Below, one piece after another: positions 63,206 to 64,000 of a DNA stretch of 64,000 bases. The stretch comes from Candidatus Woesearchaeota archaeon. GTDB taxonomy: Archaea > Nanobdellota > Nanobdellia > Woesearchaeales > ARS49. A program made the translations under genes and the position numbers. The stretch's first letter is position 1; each line of letters begins with the position of its first letter. The notes under the pieces are model-generated. The model did no database searches. It saw only the letters and a program-made list of their open reading frames with translations, and was not told where the DNA came from. The stretch spans positions 10,907-74,906 of the forward strand of contig JAHWHY010000004.1 of assembly GCA_019323015.1 (NCBI GenBank). The letters are read 5' to 3'.

Positions 63206-63285
63206 AAATTTATTTTATTATACCTGATATAAATAAGTATCTCTTAATATAAAATTTTATAATCTCTCAAGCATTACTTTTTTGA

Positions 63286-63708
63286 ATGGACACGCCTTGG
63301 AGTTTTTTTGATTGGAAAGACATCTATAGCGAGCAAAAATATTTTGTTCAAACCACATTAAGCGATTCACAAAATACGCTTAAGCTAATGAATCGCATCG
63401 TATATTGCGTCAGCTGTGCAGCGGCAACCCGAATTGAGGAACACTGCTTGAACCACTTAACAGAAGCAATAGTAAGATTTCAATCAGACAATAAAGATAA
63501 AGAACCAGATAAATGCGATTGGCTGGACTTTGTGTTTCATTATAATGAACAAAAAGTGTTAAAGCAAAGGTTTCTGGATGACAAAATACTAAAAACAGAT
63601 ATGGGGTCTATGCTTGAGGAAACCGCAGAAATAGTGTCTGCAACAATAATACAACAATACAATACACTATTAAACTCAAGAACAAAAGCATCCTGGAACT
63701 GGCAATAG
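63286..63708 (+). CDS. Hypothetical protein, paralog family member 2
   Basis: Alignable by eye to the 62152-62619 product (DKCDWLDFVFHYNEQ... vs GDVDWAEFVFYSLDS...). Confidence 0.55.
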   Translation: MDTPWSFFDWKDIYSEQKYFVQTTLSDSQNTLKLMNRIVYCVSCAAATRIEEHCLNHLTEAIVRFQSDNKDKEPDKCDWLDFVFHYNEQKVLKQRFLDDKILKTDMGSMLEETAEIVSATIIQQYNTLLNSRTKASWNWQ

Positions 63709-63761
63709 TTTACAAAACTTTAAAAATAATTCTTGATTTCTCTTTTCCGGGAGTGGAGATA

Positions 63762-64000
63762 TTGTCATTACAAAGAACAATCAAGAGAGAGATAATTCAA
63801 GTTGAGAAATGCCCATACAGCGGCCACTATGTTTTCATGTCTGTTTCTCCTGCAGGGCCAGATACTGGAATTGTGTTTGAGGTGCCGCGGGGAGAGGTAA
63901 GGGCAAACTATAGAAATGCAAAAGCAGAAAGAAGATCTATCCTGCTCAAAGAAGACAGTGCAAAGGTTCTGATGCCAGAGCATTTTCTTGCGATATTATT
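63762..64000 (+). CDS. LpxC-like (UDP-3-O-acyl-GlcNAc deacetylase family) protein, 3'-truncated by the window edge
   Basis: My translation: (M)SLQRTIKREIIQVEKCPYSGHYVFMSVSPAGPDTGIVFEV...LMPEHFLAIL. This parallels the LpxC N-terminus QRTLKR...G.GLHTG..V.L.L.PAP.NTGV.F and the Zn-ligand block VEHLNAAL. TTG start after SD GGAGTGGAG. Confidence 0.55.
   Translation, partial: MSLQRTIKREIIQVEKCPYSGHYVFMSVSPAGPDTGIVFEVPRGEVRANYRNAKAERRSILLKEDSAKVLMPEHFLAIL

Noticed and set aside
63768-63983. 71-aa minus-strand ORF at the window end.
   Set aside because: It lies antisense to the + strand LpxC-like reading frame, which has clear family motifs and an SD.
1-64000. Diversity-generating retroelement or retron (common in DPANN-like genomes).
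   Set aside because: I looked for reverse-transcriptase motifs (YxDD) and for template/variable repeat pairs with A-specific differences and found none. The YVGDD at nt 1161-1175 is the Exo III motif of an exonuclease domain.

Overview
AT-rich archaeal chromosome segment. Split rpoB, intron-rich tRNAs, a small S-layer/secretome gene set and many orphan genes suggest a DPANN-like lineage (inference). The core is the canonical archaeal operon tRNA-Lys, rpoH, rpoB'', rpoB', rpoA', rpoA'', rpl30e, nusA, rps12, rps7 (32.7 to 23.4 kb, minus strand), followed by tfb. Other housekeeping genes include rps8e, Sm-like plus rpl37e, an S-layer protein, ferredoxin, class II (B12) ribonucleotide reductase plus corrinoid adenosyltransferase, a DEAD-box helicase, an ABC-2 transporter, two Lrp/AsnC regulators, an MFS transporter, cysteine synthase, Taw3 and a B12-radical-SAM/methyltransferase cluster. 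There are four tRNAs; three carry introns, five in total, and three of those sit at non-canonical positions. I saw no rRNA, CRISPR array, transposase or recognisable integrase. The main second-look items are: (1) a 3.6-kb insertion footprint in the 3' end of cobO, with a 20-nt direct repeat and a displaced cobO pseudogene, carrying a single 1,083-aa orphan gene; (2) a non-archaeal-looking DNA replication/nuclease module at 1-7966 (zinc-finger-less bacterial-type DnaG, a PolB-exo-like SWIM protein, a YprB-like exonuclease, a repeat/PD-(D/E)xK-like protein); (3) a class II tRNA with apparent anticodon AAG and discriminator G73, plus a tRNA-derived fragment upstream of it; (4) two tightly coupled orphan small-protein operons that share an identical gene-junction cassette, each beside an Lrp regulator. 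All functional calls rest on motif recognition by eye. No database search was run.
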